From assembly GCA_965153285.1 (NCBI GenBank), contig OZ229115.1: a DNA stretch of 64,000 bases. One strand, written 5' to 3'. The notes beneath the pieces are model-generated. The model was not told the origin of the DNA, ran no database searches, and saw only the letters and a program-made list of their open reading frames with translations. This document shows, in pieces, positions 12,191-23,785 of this stretch. The stretch comes from Podarcis tiliguerta. Lineage: Eukaryota. A program made the translations under genes and the position numbers. Every line of letters starts with the position of its first letter. Within the stretch, counting starts at the first letter, position 1.

Positions 12191-12581
12191 CAGAGTTTGG
12201 TGACCTTATCCGAGGATGGGTGGGTAGACACTCTGGCCGTTGGAGGATGGGCCGGAGCGTGTGTGCATGCGCACTCTTCCGGGTCAGAGGAGCGCCTGTG
12301 CACATAAGCTATTTCTGGCACTCCTCCAATCCGGAAATTCACTGGGAAATAGTGTGTGCACATGCGCACGGGCGCTTCTCCGTCCCGCAAATGTGCGCAC
12401 GCTATTTCTGGTGTACATCCGGGTCGGAGGAGCACCCGTGCGCATGCGCACAGGAGCCATCAACCCAGAAGACTGTTGCCACGCTGCGCCAGTAAAAGCA
12501 GGCAACGAAGGTCGCCATGGGCTGGTTAGACAAGCCTCGTGGGCTGCTACCGGCCCATGGGCCTTAGGTTGCCAACCCCTG
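12191..12581 (-). mobile_element. hAT (Charlie-like) MITE with 8-bp TSD CTTTACAG
   Basis: ctttacag at 12183-12190 and 12582-12589; right end aggttgccaacccctg. Confidence 0.88.
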
Positions 12582-12802
12582 CTTTACAGCCTGCTATGAA
12601 ATGTGTCCCTGTAGAATTTGTTGGGTATTTATTATCTCACCAGTTTCCCCACCTACTAGATACACTGTTATGACAAAGCACATGATTCTGATGCTTCCCT
12701 CCATATTTCAGGAAGCCTCAGTATTGAGATTTTGATAATAAAAATCATATTGCCAAATATAAATATTAGATTTATTATGACATGGTGCAGCACTCTGAAT
12801 AT

Positions 12803-12804
<2 letters not shown>

Positions 12805-12857
<53 letters not shown>

Positions 12858-13297
12858 TTTATTTATATCCCGCCCTCCCCAGCCGAAGCCGGGCTCAGGG
12901 CGGCTAACAACAATTAAATAATCAAACAATCAAATAATCAAACATTCTAAAACATTCCATTATAAAAATTAATTAAAATCAAATTAATGGCAACCGTTAA
13001 GCAAAATTCTGTGCAGGTTGCCAGAGGAGGGAGTCAGGCTGGGCCCTGACCAAAGGCCTGGTGGAACAACTCTGTCTTGCGGGCCCTGAGGAAAGATGTC
13101 AAGTCCTGCAGGGCCCTAGTCTCTTGTGACAGAGAGTTCCACCAGATTGGAGCCGCAGCCGAGAAAGCCCTGGCTCTAGTTGAGGCCAGCCTAACCTCTC
13201 TGAGGCCTGGGACCTTCAGGATGTTTTTATTTGCAGACCGTAGGTTTCTCTGTGCAGCATACCAGGAGAGGCAGTCCCGTAGGTACGAGGGTCCTAA
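12805..13297 (-). mobile_element. L2 LINE 3' fragment with (TTA)n tail
   Basis: Highly similar to the 3' end of the RT-containing L2 at 36911-38750. Confidence 0.88.
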
Positions 13298-13794
13298 AAA
13301 TTAAAGAATTTTTAGATACTGGACTACATTGCTTGTTTTGGGAAAACATACTAAAGGTAGACAATGATAGATCTGGCCAAAAAGAGGAAAATGTCATTCT
13401 TAAGCTACCTAAAGCCATACCTTTCTACGTTACGTTATCCATCTTTAATCTCTATGTCTGCTGCACAGAGCTGAGCAAAGTGGGAAGGCTTAAAATCTAA
13501 CTCATTATTATTCAGGAGACGAAACAATAATGCTGTAACCAGGCAACTGCACAAGAGAGCCTTTTGAAGAGATTTTCTGGTGTGTTGCAGATAAGAATGG
13601 AAAATACTTACCAGGAAAGCACACGCATGCATACTCCCTGACAGACTGGACTGACAGTGGGGGAGGGTCACAACTGCAGATTACTAATTGCCATGCAGAC
13701 AGCTAATCCAGGTTCTGCCATTTGCAATACGGTAGTATTGGCACTAAATCCCTAAAAAGGCTGCAATGCATAAAAATGCACCAGGGCAACTAGC

Positions 13795-14650
13795 AATCCA
13801 GGCCCGGCTGCACTGGCCGCCAATTAGTTTCAATGTGCTGGTGTTGACCTATAAAGGTAAAGGGGGCAAAGGCGAAAAGGACCCCTGGATGGTTAAGTCC
13901 AGTCAACTATGGGGTGTGGCGCTCATCTCACTTCAGGCCGAGGGAGCTGGCGTTTGTCCACAGACAGCTTTCTGGGTCATGTAACCAGTAGGACTAAACC
14001 ACTTCTGGTGCAATGGGGCACCGTGAGGAGTGCCACAGCGCACAGAAACACTGTTTACCTTCCCGCCACAACGGTACCTATTTATCTACTTGCACTGGTG
14101 TGCTTTTGAGTTGCTAGGTTGGCAGGAGCTGGGACAGAGCAACAGGAACTCACCTCGCCACGTGGATTTGAACCGCCAACCTTCCGGTCGGCAAGCCCAA
14201 GAGGCTCAGTAGTTTAGACCACAATGCCACCCACTCCCCTATAAAGCCTTACACAGCTCAGGACCTCAGTACTTTATAAAGACTGCCTCTCCCCATATGA
14301 GCCGACCTGGACCCTGGGTTTGTCACCCAAGGCCCTTCTCTAAGTCCTCAGGAGATTCAGAGGGTGGCAGCATTATAATGGGCCTTTTCTGTGGTGGCTC
14401 CCTGTCTGCGGAATGCTTTCCCTAGAGAGGCTCACCTGACACCATCATTACATATCTTTAAGTGCCAGGCAAAACATTCCTCTTTACCCAGGATGTTGGC
14501 CATTAAATAATCTATGGCCTGTTAAAGCTGGGGGGGCGGGGGCAGGGGGCAGAGACTGTTATGGTTATTTTATTATTATTGTTGTATTATGCTTTAGTAT
14601 TATGCTCTGTAAAACGTCTTCTTAATGTTGTACATTGCCCTGGAATCTTT
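13795..14650 (+). mobile_element. Old L2 3' fragment interrupted by a Sauria SINE
   Basis: The L2 ORF2 C-terminal motif (LHW..I.F.VLVLTYK|ALHSSGPQY) continues across the SINE. Confidence 0.8.
13857..14237 (-). mobile_element. Sauria SINE (Squam1) with TSD CCTATAAAG
   Basis: tRNA-like head and (ACCTTT)-type tail; TSD at 13848-13856 and 14238-14246. Confidence 0.88.
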
Positions 14651-15099
14651 GGATTTAAACACTTAAAACAAAAAAATTCGGATAGAAGCTGTACTATTTT
14701 TGCTTGTTCAGATTCAACTTCATATGGAACTCTCACCCGAGATTTCTAGTTTGTGATGGTCACAAATCTAATTTAAATGGTTATGGTCAGAGTTCTAGTA
14801 CTATTGTTATCTACTGCATTCACGAAAGAAAAGGAACGCTAACTAGTGGGTTTCACTTTGTACTGTTACATAGTAATGAATCAGACGCACCATTTCATAG
14901 CTGAATGGTGACTAAAAATAGGGCCTTTTTCACAGTGGTGTCCTGCCTTATCTCCAGAATCCTCCATGGAAAAAAGAATTTGCCACCGCCACTGTATTTA
15001 ATTAGGTTTCACTGGAAGAAATTTAAACACTTGCTTAACTTTCTCAGTGAAATCAATAGGTCTTCAGAACCAGCTTTGGCTGGATTGCGCACTGCATGT

Positions 15100-15895
15100 A
15101 ATAATGATGATAATAATAGTAATAATTTTATTATTTATACCCGGCCCATTTCTGAAGGAAATCAGCCCTGAGTGCTCACTGGATCCTGAACCTGAGGCTC
15201 CAATACTTTGGCCACCTCATGAGAAGAGAAGACTCCCTGGAAAAGACCCTGATGTTGGGAAAGATGGAGGGCACAAGGAGAAGGGGACGACAGAGGACGA
15301 GATGGTTGGAGAATGTTCTCGAAGCCACCAGCATGAGTTTGACCAAACTGCGGGAGGCAGTGGGAGACAGGAGTGCCTGGCGTGCTCTGGTCCATGGGGT
15401 CACGAAGAGTCAATCACGACTAAACAACAACACCCGGCCCATCTGGCTGGGTTTCCCCAGCCCTCTGGGTGACTTACAGAACATATAAAAGCATAGTAAA
15501 ACGTCAAACATTAAGAACTTCCTGATACAGGGCTGCCTTCAGACGTCTTCTAAGAGTTGTGTAGTTCTTTATCTCCTTGACACCTGAAAGGAGGGTGTTC
15601 TGCAGGGAGGGCGCCACTTGCCGAGAAGGCCCTCTGCCTGGTTCCCTGTAACTTCACCTCTTGCAGTGAGGAAACCACCAGAAGACCCTTGGAAGAGGAC
15701 TTCACCTCAGTGAACGATGAGGATGGAGACACTCCTTCAGGTACACTTGGCCAAGGCCCTTTGGGCTTTAAAGGTCAGCACCAGCAGTTTGAATTGTGCT
15801 TGGAAATGTACTGGGAGCCAGTGAAGAGCCTTTAGGACCAGTTATATGGTCCTGGGAGCTGCTTCCAGTCACCAGGCTAGCTGCAGCATTCTGTT
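15100..15895 (-). mobile_element. L2 LINE 3' part (second subfamily) hosting a Bov-B insertion
   Basis: Same 3' end as 23640-23785 and 48955-49130 (atacccc.cccatctggctgggtttccccagcc); decayed L2 ORF2 C-terminus. Confidence 0.85.
15150..15431 (+). mobile_element. 5'-truncated Bov-B with 11-bp TSD ACCCGGCCCAT
   Basis: Highly similar to 80-380; (CAA)n tail; TSD at 15139-15149 and 15432-15442. Confidence 0.93.
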
Positions 15896-17394
15896 CATGA
15901 AACAAAGGCATTCTACCTCCGATAAAAACTTTTGTAAATAATAATGGGGAGGAATAACTTTCAGCACAGAAACTCCTTTGAATAAGAGTCCATTTGCACA
16001 GTTGTTCAAGGAAAGTCTGCCACATCTACATTTGGATAATAATCAACATCTTATGTTTTCAATTTCAATTAAAGAAGAACAGCCTTCAGAAACAAGGGCC
16101 CACATCGTGACCATTTGTTTCCAATTTAGAATTCAAACTAGTAGAGCATCCAGACAGCTTGCCAAGTTTCTAAATATAGTCATTTAGGTAACTAAATCTT
16201 CATTTGGCTGTGCACAATTACATAGTTTCCCACTGCAGAAGATAATCAAGCCATTTAAGCAACTTTTTTCAGCTTCCAAATCAAGGAATTCCCTCTAGAT
16301 ACCTTGCTGTATCGTGTTACAACGGAATTGCCCTTGACTGGAAATCTAGAATATGGAATACACATTACTCATTTCTTCAGAGAAAAGAAGTCAGGCAAAT
16401 TCGCAAAACTTTTGTCTTCTAGCCACTCGGTTATTATGAAGATGAGCATTTATATATACAGCTCAACGAAGCTGCACTCAGGACATGAGTATTAATGTGA
16501 AAAGAACAACAACAGTTGCTTATAAGAAGAAAGTAAGTTAGCCTTTAGAACACTTAGCTGTAGTCAAGAGAGGAAGTAAACAGAACAAACTGTTTCCCCT
16601 TTTAAATCAACATTGGCTACTTTAATCATAAACAACAGCTGATAACTTGATGCATCCTTATGTATCTAGGATTAGAATGGATAATTGCAAAACAAAAACA
16701 AAACCCCCACGATGGAGTCAGGTCCTGATTGCAGACAGAGAAGGTAAGAGCAACTGAGGCTCAGATCCAGAACTTTCTGAGATTCAAGACTGTTCCCCAT
16801 TATTTATCTTGGAATTCCCGATTTTTCTTTACAGTACTAGCTTCTCAGACAAGATTGAAGTAAAAATAGAGCACATCGGCCTACATCCCAAATTACTACC
16901 ATTTCAGAAGAAACTACAAGCCCAGGTTACTTGAAAGCTGACAGGTGAAGTCTTTTAAAAAATGCATATATTGTAGACCAGTTAACACTGAAGATTAAGA
17001 TACGCATGCACTTAAAACAGTTGTCGCTTTTTACCTATGGACCCCAGCACAGAAAATAATACATGTAAGCGGATTACTTGTTTACACTGTTCATGGAAAA
17101 GAGGCTTAAAATATATTGGTTAAGTTCCATGTGGAAAAGTTCACAGCCAAAAGGCTGCTCAATAAACTGGTAGAGAAAAGCAGTTTGTGCAGCCCTACAT
17201 TTATTTTTCCTGCAATTCTGATAATACAGAGATACAGACTCTGCGTGTGTCAAAACAAGAAAAAAATATTGAAGCTTTGCTTAGAGATGATAGGTGGTAG
17301 TCAGCTCATTCTTTTCCGTGGAGACCAGCTGAAATTAATCAATATTACTATGTTGTTCATTCATTTCAATGGGTCAAATAATTCGATTCTATGC

Positions 17395-17673
17395 CAGGGG
17401 TCGGCAACCTAAGGCCCATGGGCCACAAGCAGCCCACAGGGGTCGTTTAACCAGCCCACGAGCCACCCCTGAACCGAGCCATCCGCTTGGCGAGTCCCTG
17501 CACACTGCGCTAAACTGGAGCAGCGCATTGCAGGGACTCGCTTTCGCGGTGCAGGAAATCACAGCTGCGCAGACGCCGGAAATCACGTCTACGCAGACAA
17601 TCGCAGGCGCACGCACAGAGGGATCTCCGCTGGAGTGAACCGGCCCAGGCAAGGTAAACCCTGCCGAACCCTG
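17395..17673 (+). mobile_element. hAT (Charlie-like) MITE with 8-bp TSD TTCTATGC
   Basis: CAGGGGTCGGCA ... TGCCGAACCCTG TIRs; TSD at 17387-17394 and 17674-17681. Confidence 0.92.
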
Positions 17674-18695
17674 TTCTATGCTTTGCTGTGCATATTAAAG
17701 GACTGGGTCTCCAGAATCTATCACAAGATTCCCTGCCGATCTTCTATGCTTCTACATAAAACTAACAGAAGTCTTCAGCACTACTGTTTTGACTCAGGGG
17801 GAGGCTGTCTCCATGCAGTACTGGAGAAGGGTTTCTTCCAGGGTAGGGTCGCTGCTCAGTGCCTCTTACAACTCACCCAAAACCCCCAGGAGAAACATGT
17901 CTACAGTTCCCAGTACATGCAAGGGGAACTGGCTAGAAAAACTACAGCAACAGGATTTCCCCTTGCTTTCCAAAGGTGGCCAGTGGTGCCTACCCACAAA
18001 TGAAAATGAAGATAGTAGAGGAAAATGCTGAGGTTTCTTTGATGTTTGCACCACATGCTGACGGAAGGACAAAAGACAACACAGCTTGCCTCTTCAGCAA
18101 TACAAAGCAGCTGCAGTGGATGCAGCAAAGCAATTCTGGATGCGAGTATATTTACGCCTTTACACACAGATAAGCTTTACAGCCTTAAAAGAAAATAAGG
18201 GAGCACTCGAATTTTAATTCAGAGGTTTTTCGAGCACCCTTCCCCATAGCAACCATAATGGAAGAAACGTGAGCCACAGCACCAGTCCTCAGTGTAACAC
18301 AGTTAAGGGGCTCCTCCATTCAATGCATATTGATCAAGACAGTCCATCTCTGCCTTGCTTGCTTTGCAAAGCATGCTATGCTACTTGCAAGCTTGTGCTG
18401 AATGACAAACATGTCTCTACTTTTGTCGCAACAGGGGGATAAAAAATCATGTTGCCCGTGAATCTGTAGTAAGGAGTAACCAATTCAGATGGAAAAGAAA
18501 AAGTGATTTTAGCTACATGGAACAAGTATGGCTATTCTTCCAGGACAACAATATTTGCATATTCGATTTCTCCTACAGTACGGGAACTACTTTTAACTAA
18601 AAATATAATTAGGAAATGAAAAACAAAAAACACCAAAACAGCTTAAAAGGTAATAGAAGTTTGAAGGGTAATGGAACTTGTAAAATAAAGCTTAC

Positions 18696-18811
18696 CTCAA
18701 TTGCTTTGCATAATTCTGTTCAATCTCTATCCTTTCTTTAACGAATTTTGCATATTTTTCCAGGAAGTCAATGCCCCACTGTGTGTGCTTGTCTAAATTG
18801 TCGAACTGATC
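18696..18811 (-). CDS. FNBP1L: FNBP1L exon 2, [38 protein letters not shown](R) (FCH region)
   Basis: ttttacag acceptor, GTAAG donor, 116 nt; in frame with exon 1; recognisable FCH/F-BAR sequence. Confidence 0.97.
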
Positions 18812-19299
18812 CTGTAAAACACAAGCCAGGGAAAAAATCAAAACTGAACAAGATGACACCCACCCACATTGTTTTCAGATGCTACGTTCTGTCTTCTACA
18901 CATTTAGTGAATTGAAAATATAAACATAATCACACAAAGAAAACAGATACTAGGATACGGTACTTCAATACAGAAGGTGCTTTTTTGTTTTTAGAAAGAC
19001 ACAATCATAAGAGCAGTCCTGCTGAATGAAATTGACAGTCTATCTAGATCAGCATCTTTTGAAAACGAGGTCCAGCTGGGGGTCAGGGGTCAAGATTGAA
19101 GGAGCTGAACTGTGGAGCTTGCAGTATATATTTTAATACCAGGCTCTGTTACTCTTTTGCTGCTGACTTAGCTCCCCTGTTCCCTGGAAGAGCCATATTC
19201 TTCCCACCCCCTTGCTAGGGACCAAATTCTCATCTCTAGTTCAGCAACCCAATGTCCATCCTACATAGTGAATCACTGGAGGTTTCTGTACCAAGTGTA

Positions 19300-19835
19300 T
19301 CTATTTATTTTATTCTATTTATTGATCAATTTTCTATACTGCCCTTCATCCAAGGATCATAGGGCAGTTTACAAAATAAAAGCACAAAAATATGTAACAT
19401 ACTTAGAAACAAAAACATGCCCCCCAACACAGTTTGAAAGGCCATAGATTGTTTAATTAGCCAAAGGGCTGGGAGAAGAGGAGTGTTTTTGCCTAGCACC
19501 TAAAGATACATAACAAAGGCACCAGGCGGGCCTCTCTGGGGTGAGCATTCCACAGGTGAGGAGCCACCACAGAAAAGGCCTCTTCTCATGTTGCTACCCT
19601 CTGGGCCTCTCATGAAGGAGGCACATGAAGAAGGGCCTCAGATGATGATTGCAGGGTCCAGCTCTGTTTATATGGGGAGAGGTGGTTCTTGAGGTATTGT
19701 GGTCCCGAGCCGTTGTGGCTTTATAGGGGAGCAGGTGGCATTTTAACCAGGCCTGGAAACTAATTGGCAGCCAGGCCAGGATGGGCATTATATGCTCAAA
19801 CCTTCTCACCCAAGTGAGCAACCTGGTTGCTGGAT
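19300..19835 (-). mobile_element. L2 LINE 3' fragment
   Basis: Decayed ORF2 end (RLLTWVRRFEHIMPILAWLPISFQA..YKA) plus the L2 3' UTR and T-rich tail. Confidence 0.82.
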
Positions 19836-19869
19836 TCTCTCACACAGCACTTACATATACAGTGTAATA

Positions 19870-20115
19870 TACAGTGGTACCTCAGGTTACATACGCTTCA
19901 GGTTACATACGCTTCAGGTTACAGACTCCGCTAACCCAGAAATATTACCTCAGGTTAAGTACTTTGCTTCAGGATGAGAACAGAAATCGTGCTCCAGTGG
20001 CGCAGCAACAGCAGGAGGCCCCATTAGCTAAAGTGGTGCTTCAGGTTAAGAACAGTTTCAGGTTAAGTAAGGACCTCCGGAACGAATTAAGTACTTAACC
20101 TGAGGTACCACTGTA
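19870..20115 (+). mobile_element. Tigger/pogo-like MITE family B
   Basis: TA-CAGTGGTACCTCAGGTTA ... TAACCTGAGGTACCACTG-TA. Confidence 0.93.
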
Positions 20116-20202
20116 TATTACATAGAATTACTACAGATTATAGTACATATTTGAAATATGCTCTAGGATTCAGATAGCTGAGCATGAAGGAACCTTCTAC
20201 TG

Positions 20203-20339
20203 TGGTGTTCCCCAAACCTGGGTTTCCAGCTGTTTTTGGACTACAATTCCCATCACCCCTAACCACTGGTCTTGCTAGCTAGGGATGATGGGAGTTGTAG
20301 TCCAAAAAACAGCTGGAGACCCAAGTTTGGGAAACACCG
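20203..20339. mobile_element. Palindromic (foldback) hAT-type MITE
   Basis: ~55-bp inverted arms (cccaaac..gggtttccagctgtttttggactacaattcccatc / gatgggagttgtagtccaaaaaacagctggagacccaagtttggg); same family as 63641-63776. Confidence 0.88.
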
Positions 20340-21991
20340 TTGTAGTGCTTTCTGAGCTCAGACGAAGTCCCTACTGGATTCTCTCCTTAGTAATGGTGGT
20401 GGAGTTCACTTTGGCAGATAGCTCCTTCTTACCCATGTCCCCCCACTTTAGAAAAAACACCCAGGCCCTACAGTTGTGGCAGAGTTGTGGCTGTCGCCTC
20501 CCTCAAACTCTACTTATCCTTATCTCCTGGCTTCAACGTGCCCCAATATATACGCCACAGTGTGGTGAAGCTGAGTGGGCTCAACAGAGAGGAGCAAACG
20601 TTACACATGAAGTAAATAAACCAAAGCTCTGCAGCTACTGTTTAGGCCACAGAGAAGAGGAAGATGAGACAAAGGGAAACCTCAACGCTTCAGTGCACAA
20701 AGACTACACTTGAACTGTTCATGATCGCCAAGAGGATTAGTTCTAAAAGCATGCCCATAATTGAAACTTGCGCTTCAGGCTGATTTCATTTTTATTAGTT
20801 TGCCTTGTTTAAGACGATTGCTTCAACTGCAACTTTAGCTTTAATGTTCAGCAAACCTAGTAATTAACTGTTTGATATTCAAAACATGTGCATGGTCTCA
20901 GACTGCCATTAAAGCCATTTTACATTACATGCAATATATATAACACCTGAAGATTAGACGATACATAAAAATTAATGGCAATGGTAGATGGTAAAGCGAT
21001 ATGAGGCAGCAAATGGAAGCCAAAACTCAGCCTTAAAAAGAATGAAGGCTATCAGGTTTCTATTATTATCCTCTCAGTCATATCCAGCATACTGGGTAAA
21101 TATGGCCATATATTGCATCCCAACCACATTATAATTCATCTACTTCTTCATTGCAACCCAATTATGTAGACAGACACTGCATCAATGAGAAGGAATGTGA
21201 AGATGTGCTGCTGACAAACTCAAAACACTGGATCCTTAAAGACCAGCTTGGCCACTGGAGTGCTCTACTCTTCATTAATATTAAGCATTTCTAGTTTGAA
21301 GAGGTTAATAATCCAGGAACCTTGTTCTTTGCAAACGATTAAGCATTTGGGGGGGGGGGGGGGAGAAGAAGAACAGAGCATCTCCGTAAATCCATGGCCT
21401 CAACCACACAGAGATGTGATACATCTGCATCACACAATGTAAGTGAAAACCTAGCTTGAAATATGGCCATATTTTTGCTAGAGCACCATCCATTCTTGGA
21501 CAACAGCCTTGTCTGTGCTGTGTGATACGGTACTAGCACATCACTCTGGATCTTAAATAATGAGTCCAAGTATGCGCAGGGAAGTAGGCAAGGCAACGTT
21601 TGGGTGGGGGAAGGTGTAACGTCGCATGTACAGCTTTGAAATAACTATCTCATCCATTCATTATAATGCATTTCATTAAGTGAATAATTAATAGAATCTG
21701 GCTATTCTGCATTTTGCTCTGCTTTATCCATTTGCTTTGACTATTTCACCCTTGCACTGAAACTCCAATAAGGTGCTCTGGAACTGAACCAACAGTCAGA
21801 GACAGTAGAACAAGCTTCCTGCCGTGAACACAAGAACAATGCTTTTGCTGTCCTAGTTTGGACTTCTTAGTTCACTGTTCTGAAAAGCTGCCAGGTCTGT
21901 GGAAAACTAGTCAAGTGCCATTTTTAAAAACATTGCTAGATCTCCTCACAAACAGAACTCAAGCAAATTGGGGGAAGGCAATGTAAGCAAT

Positions 21992-22254
21992 TACCGTATT
22001 TTTCGCTCTATAAGACGCACCAGATCACAAGACGCACCTAGTTTTTGGAGGAGGAAAACAAGAAAAAAAAAATTCTGAATCTCAGAAGCCAGAACAGCAA
22101 GAGGGATCGCTGCGCAGTGAAAGCAGCAATCCCTCTTGCTGTTCTGGCTTCTGGGATAGCTGCGCAGCCTGCATTCACTCCATAAGACACACACACGTTT
22201 CCCCATACTTTTTAGGAGGGAAAAGGTGAGTCTTATAGAGCAAAAAATACGGTA
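21992..22254 (-). mobile_element. Tc2/pogo-like MITE (family D, short subfamily) with internal hairpin
   Basis: TA-CCGTATTTTTCGCTCTATAAGAC ... GTCTTATAGAGCAAAAAATACGG-TA. Confidence 0.92.
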
Positions 22255-22349
22255 ATTTCCTGCCACTGGATCCCAAAGCACAACTTGATGAAGACAAATT
22301 TGATTAACGGAGTAAAATCTCATATCTTGTCACTCTCAGAATCCAGGAG

Positions 22350-22530
22350 AATTCTCAACTCATGACTTTGCCTCTGAATACCAGTTGTTGGGGGACAACA
22401 GGAGAGGGCTATTGCCCTCAAGTCCTGTTTTGGGGGTCTCCAGAGGCAACTTGTTAGCCACTGTGAGAAAGAGGATGCTGGCCCAGATAGCTGTTTGGTC
22501 TGATCCAGCACTGCTCCTCTTACATTCTTT
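22350..22530 (+). mobile_element. Old CR1-type 3' end
   Basis: gaggatgctggcccagatagctgtttggtctgatccagcactgctcctcttacattctt is typical of the CR1 3' UTR. Confidence 0.65.
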
Positions 22531-22751
22531 TTGTTAGAAGCTGAAGTCACCAGGCTCACATGGCAGCAAAAGCAAAGATCAATCTACACCGCACCATGCC
22601 CAAGGTAACTATTGAGATAATATCACAAGATGAAATATGTGTACAGTAGTGGCTTTGTCATTTGTTAGGGTTCACTTCCTACTCTCTGAACTGGTGTTCA
22701 GTTTTATCCTCAAACAGATTCCATGTTCCCCTGTGATTAGAAATATTAGAC

Positions 22752-22888
22752 CAGGAGCATCTCACCTGTGGTCTTCTAGATGCTGCCTCACTACAGCTCC
22801 CATTAACCTTGACCGTTGGCCATGCAGCTGGGGCTGATGGGAGTTGAAGTCCAGCAGCAGCTTGAGGACCACAGGTTGGCCACCCCCA
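22752..22888. mobile_element. Older palindromic hAT-type MITE
   Basis: acctgtggtc...actacagctcccat / atgggagttgaagtcc...gaccacaggt inverted arms. Confidence 0.7.
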
Positions 22889-23319
22889 GATTAGATTGAA
22901 GGAGGACTGGGTATACACATGTTAGAGTTGAGACACTGGCAATAGAAAACATGTCTCAGAATTCCTACAGCTAAACACGGCATTCATTACCATTGAGCAG
23001 AAGAAGGTGGTATCTTATCACACAAGTTTTCTACTGTGTAGGAAATAAGCATGGCAAAGTAGAAGTAGAATATACCCATTATCAATATTACAACCACAAA
23101 CTGAAATAGAATATAAAAGCAAAGTCAACAGGGATTGGCATATTTTGCAACTGCAAGTGCAGAGTATTGCTTTAATGCATGTAGGAAGACTAGAGGTTCT
23201 CAAACTATCAGAAGGAACCACAGGGCCATCCTATATGAAAATTGAATATTAAGAGCTTCCCTGTAGGTTTCAAAAGGAAGTACTATAAGTGCAAGGCTTT
23301 TTGTTTTTGTTTTTCTTAA

Positions 23320-23575
23320 CCAGGACGTAGGAGTTCAGCCTGTGCTGAACAATGCTGCATTTTCCCTTTATGGTGGGTGGTGATCAATCTTTGTCTGTAG
23401 CTACGCAAGTGGTATCTGCGGTACAAAGCAGCTTCCACCAACATCATCTGGTGCACCAACTGCACCCTATTATGGATAAGGATGATCTTGCTGCAACGAT
23501 TCATGTTCTTGTCAATGTAAGGTTGCTATGATGTATAATATGTAGTGCTGCCTTCAAAAAGGATCTCAACCTTCA
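23320..23575 (+). mobile_element. Ancient L2 ORF2 fragment
   Basis: Translates as AQVVSAVQSSFHQHHLVHQLHPIMDKDDLAATIHVLV, homologous to the L2 post-RT motif seen at 37560-37690 (DLATVIHATVTSRLDYCN). Confidence 0.6.
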
Positions 23576-23635
23576 CTTGATACCAAAAAAATAATAATGC
23601 AGCAAGGTAATGAACAGGGACCAAGTATAACCATC

Positions 23636-23636
<1 letters not shown>

Positions 23637-23678
<42 letters not shown>

Positions 23679-23785
23679 TTATTATTTATACCCCACCCAT
23701 CTGGCTGGGTTTCCCCAGCCACTCTGGGCGGCTTCCAACAAAACGCTAAAATACAATAACCCATTAAACATTAAAAGCTTCCCTG
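23637..23785 (-). mobile_element. Short L2 3' end with long (TTA)n tail
   Basis: Uninterrupted version of the 15100 L2 3' end. Confidence 0.85.
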
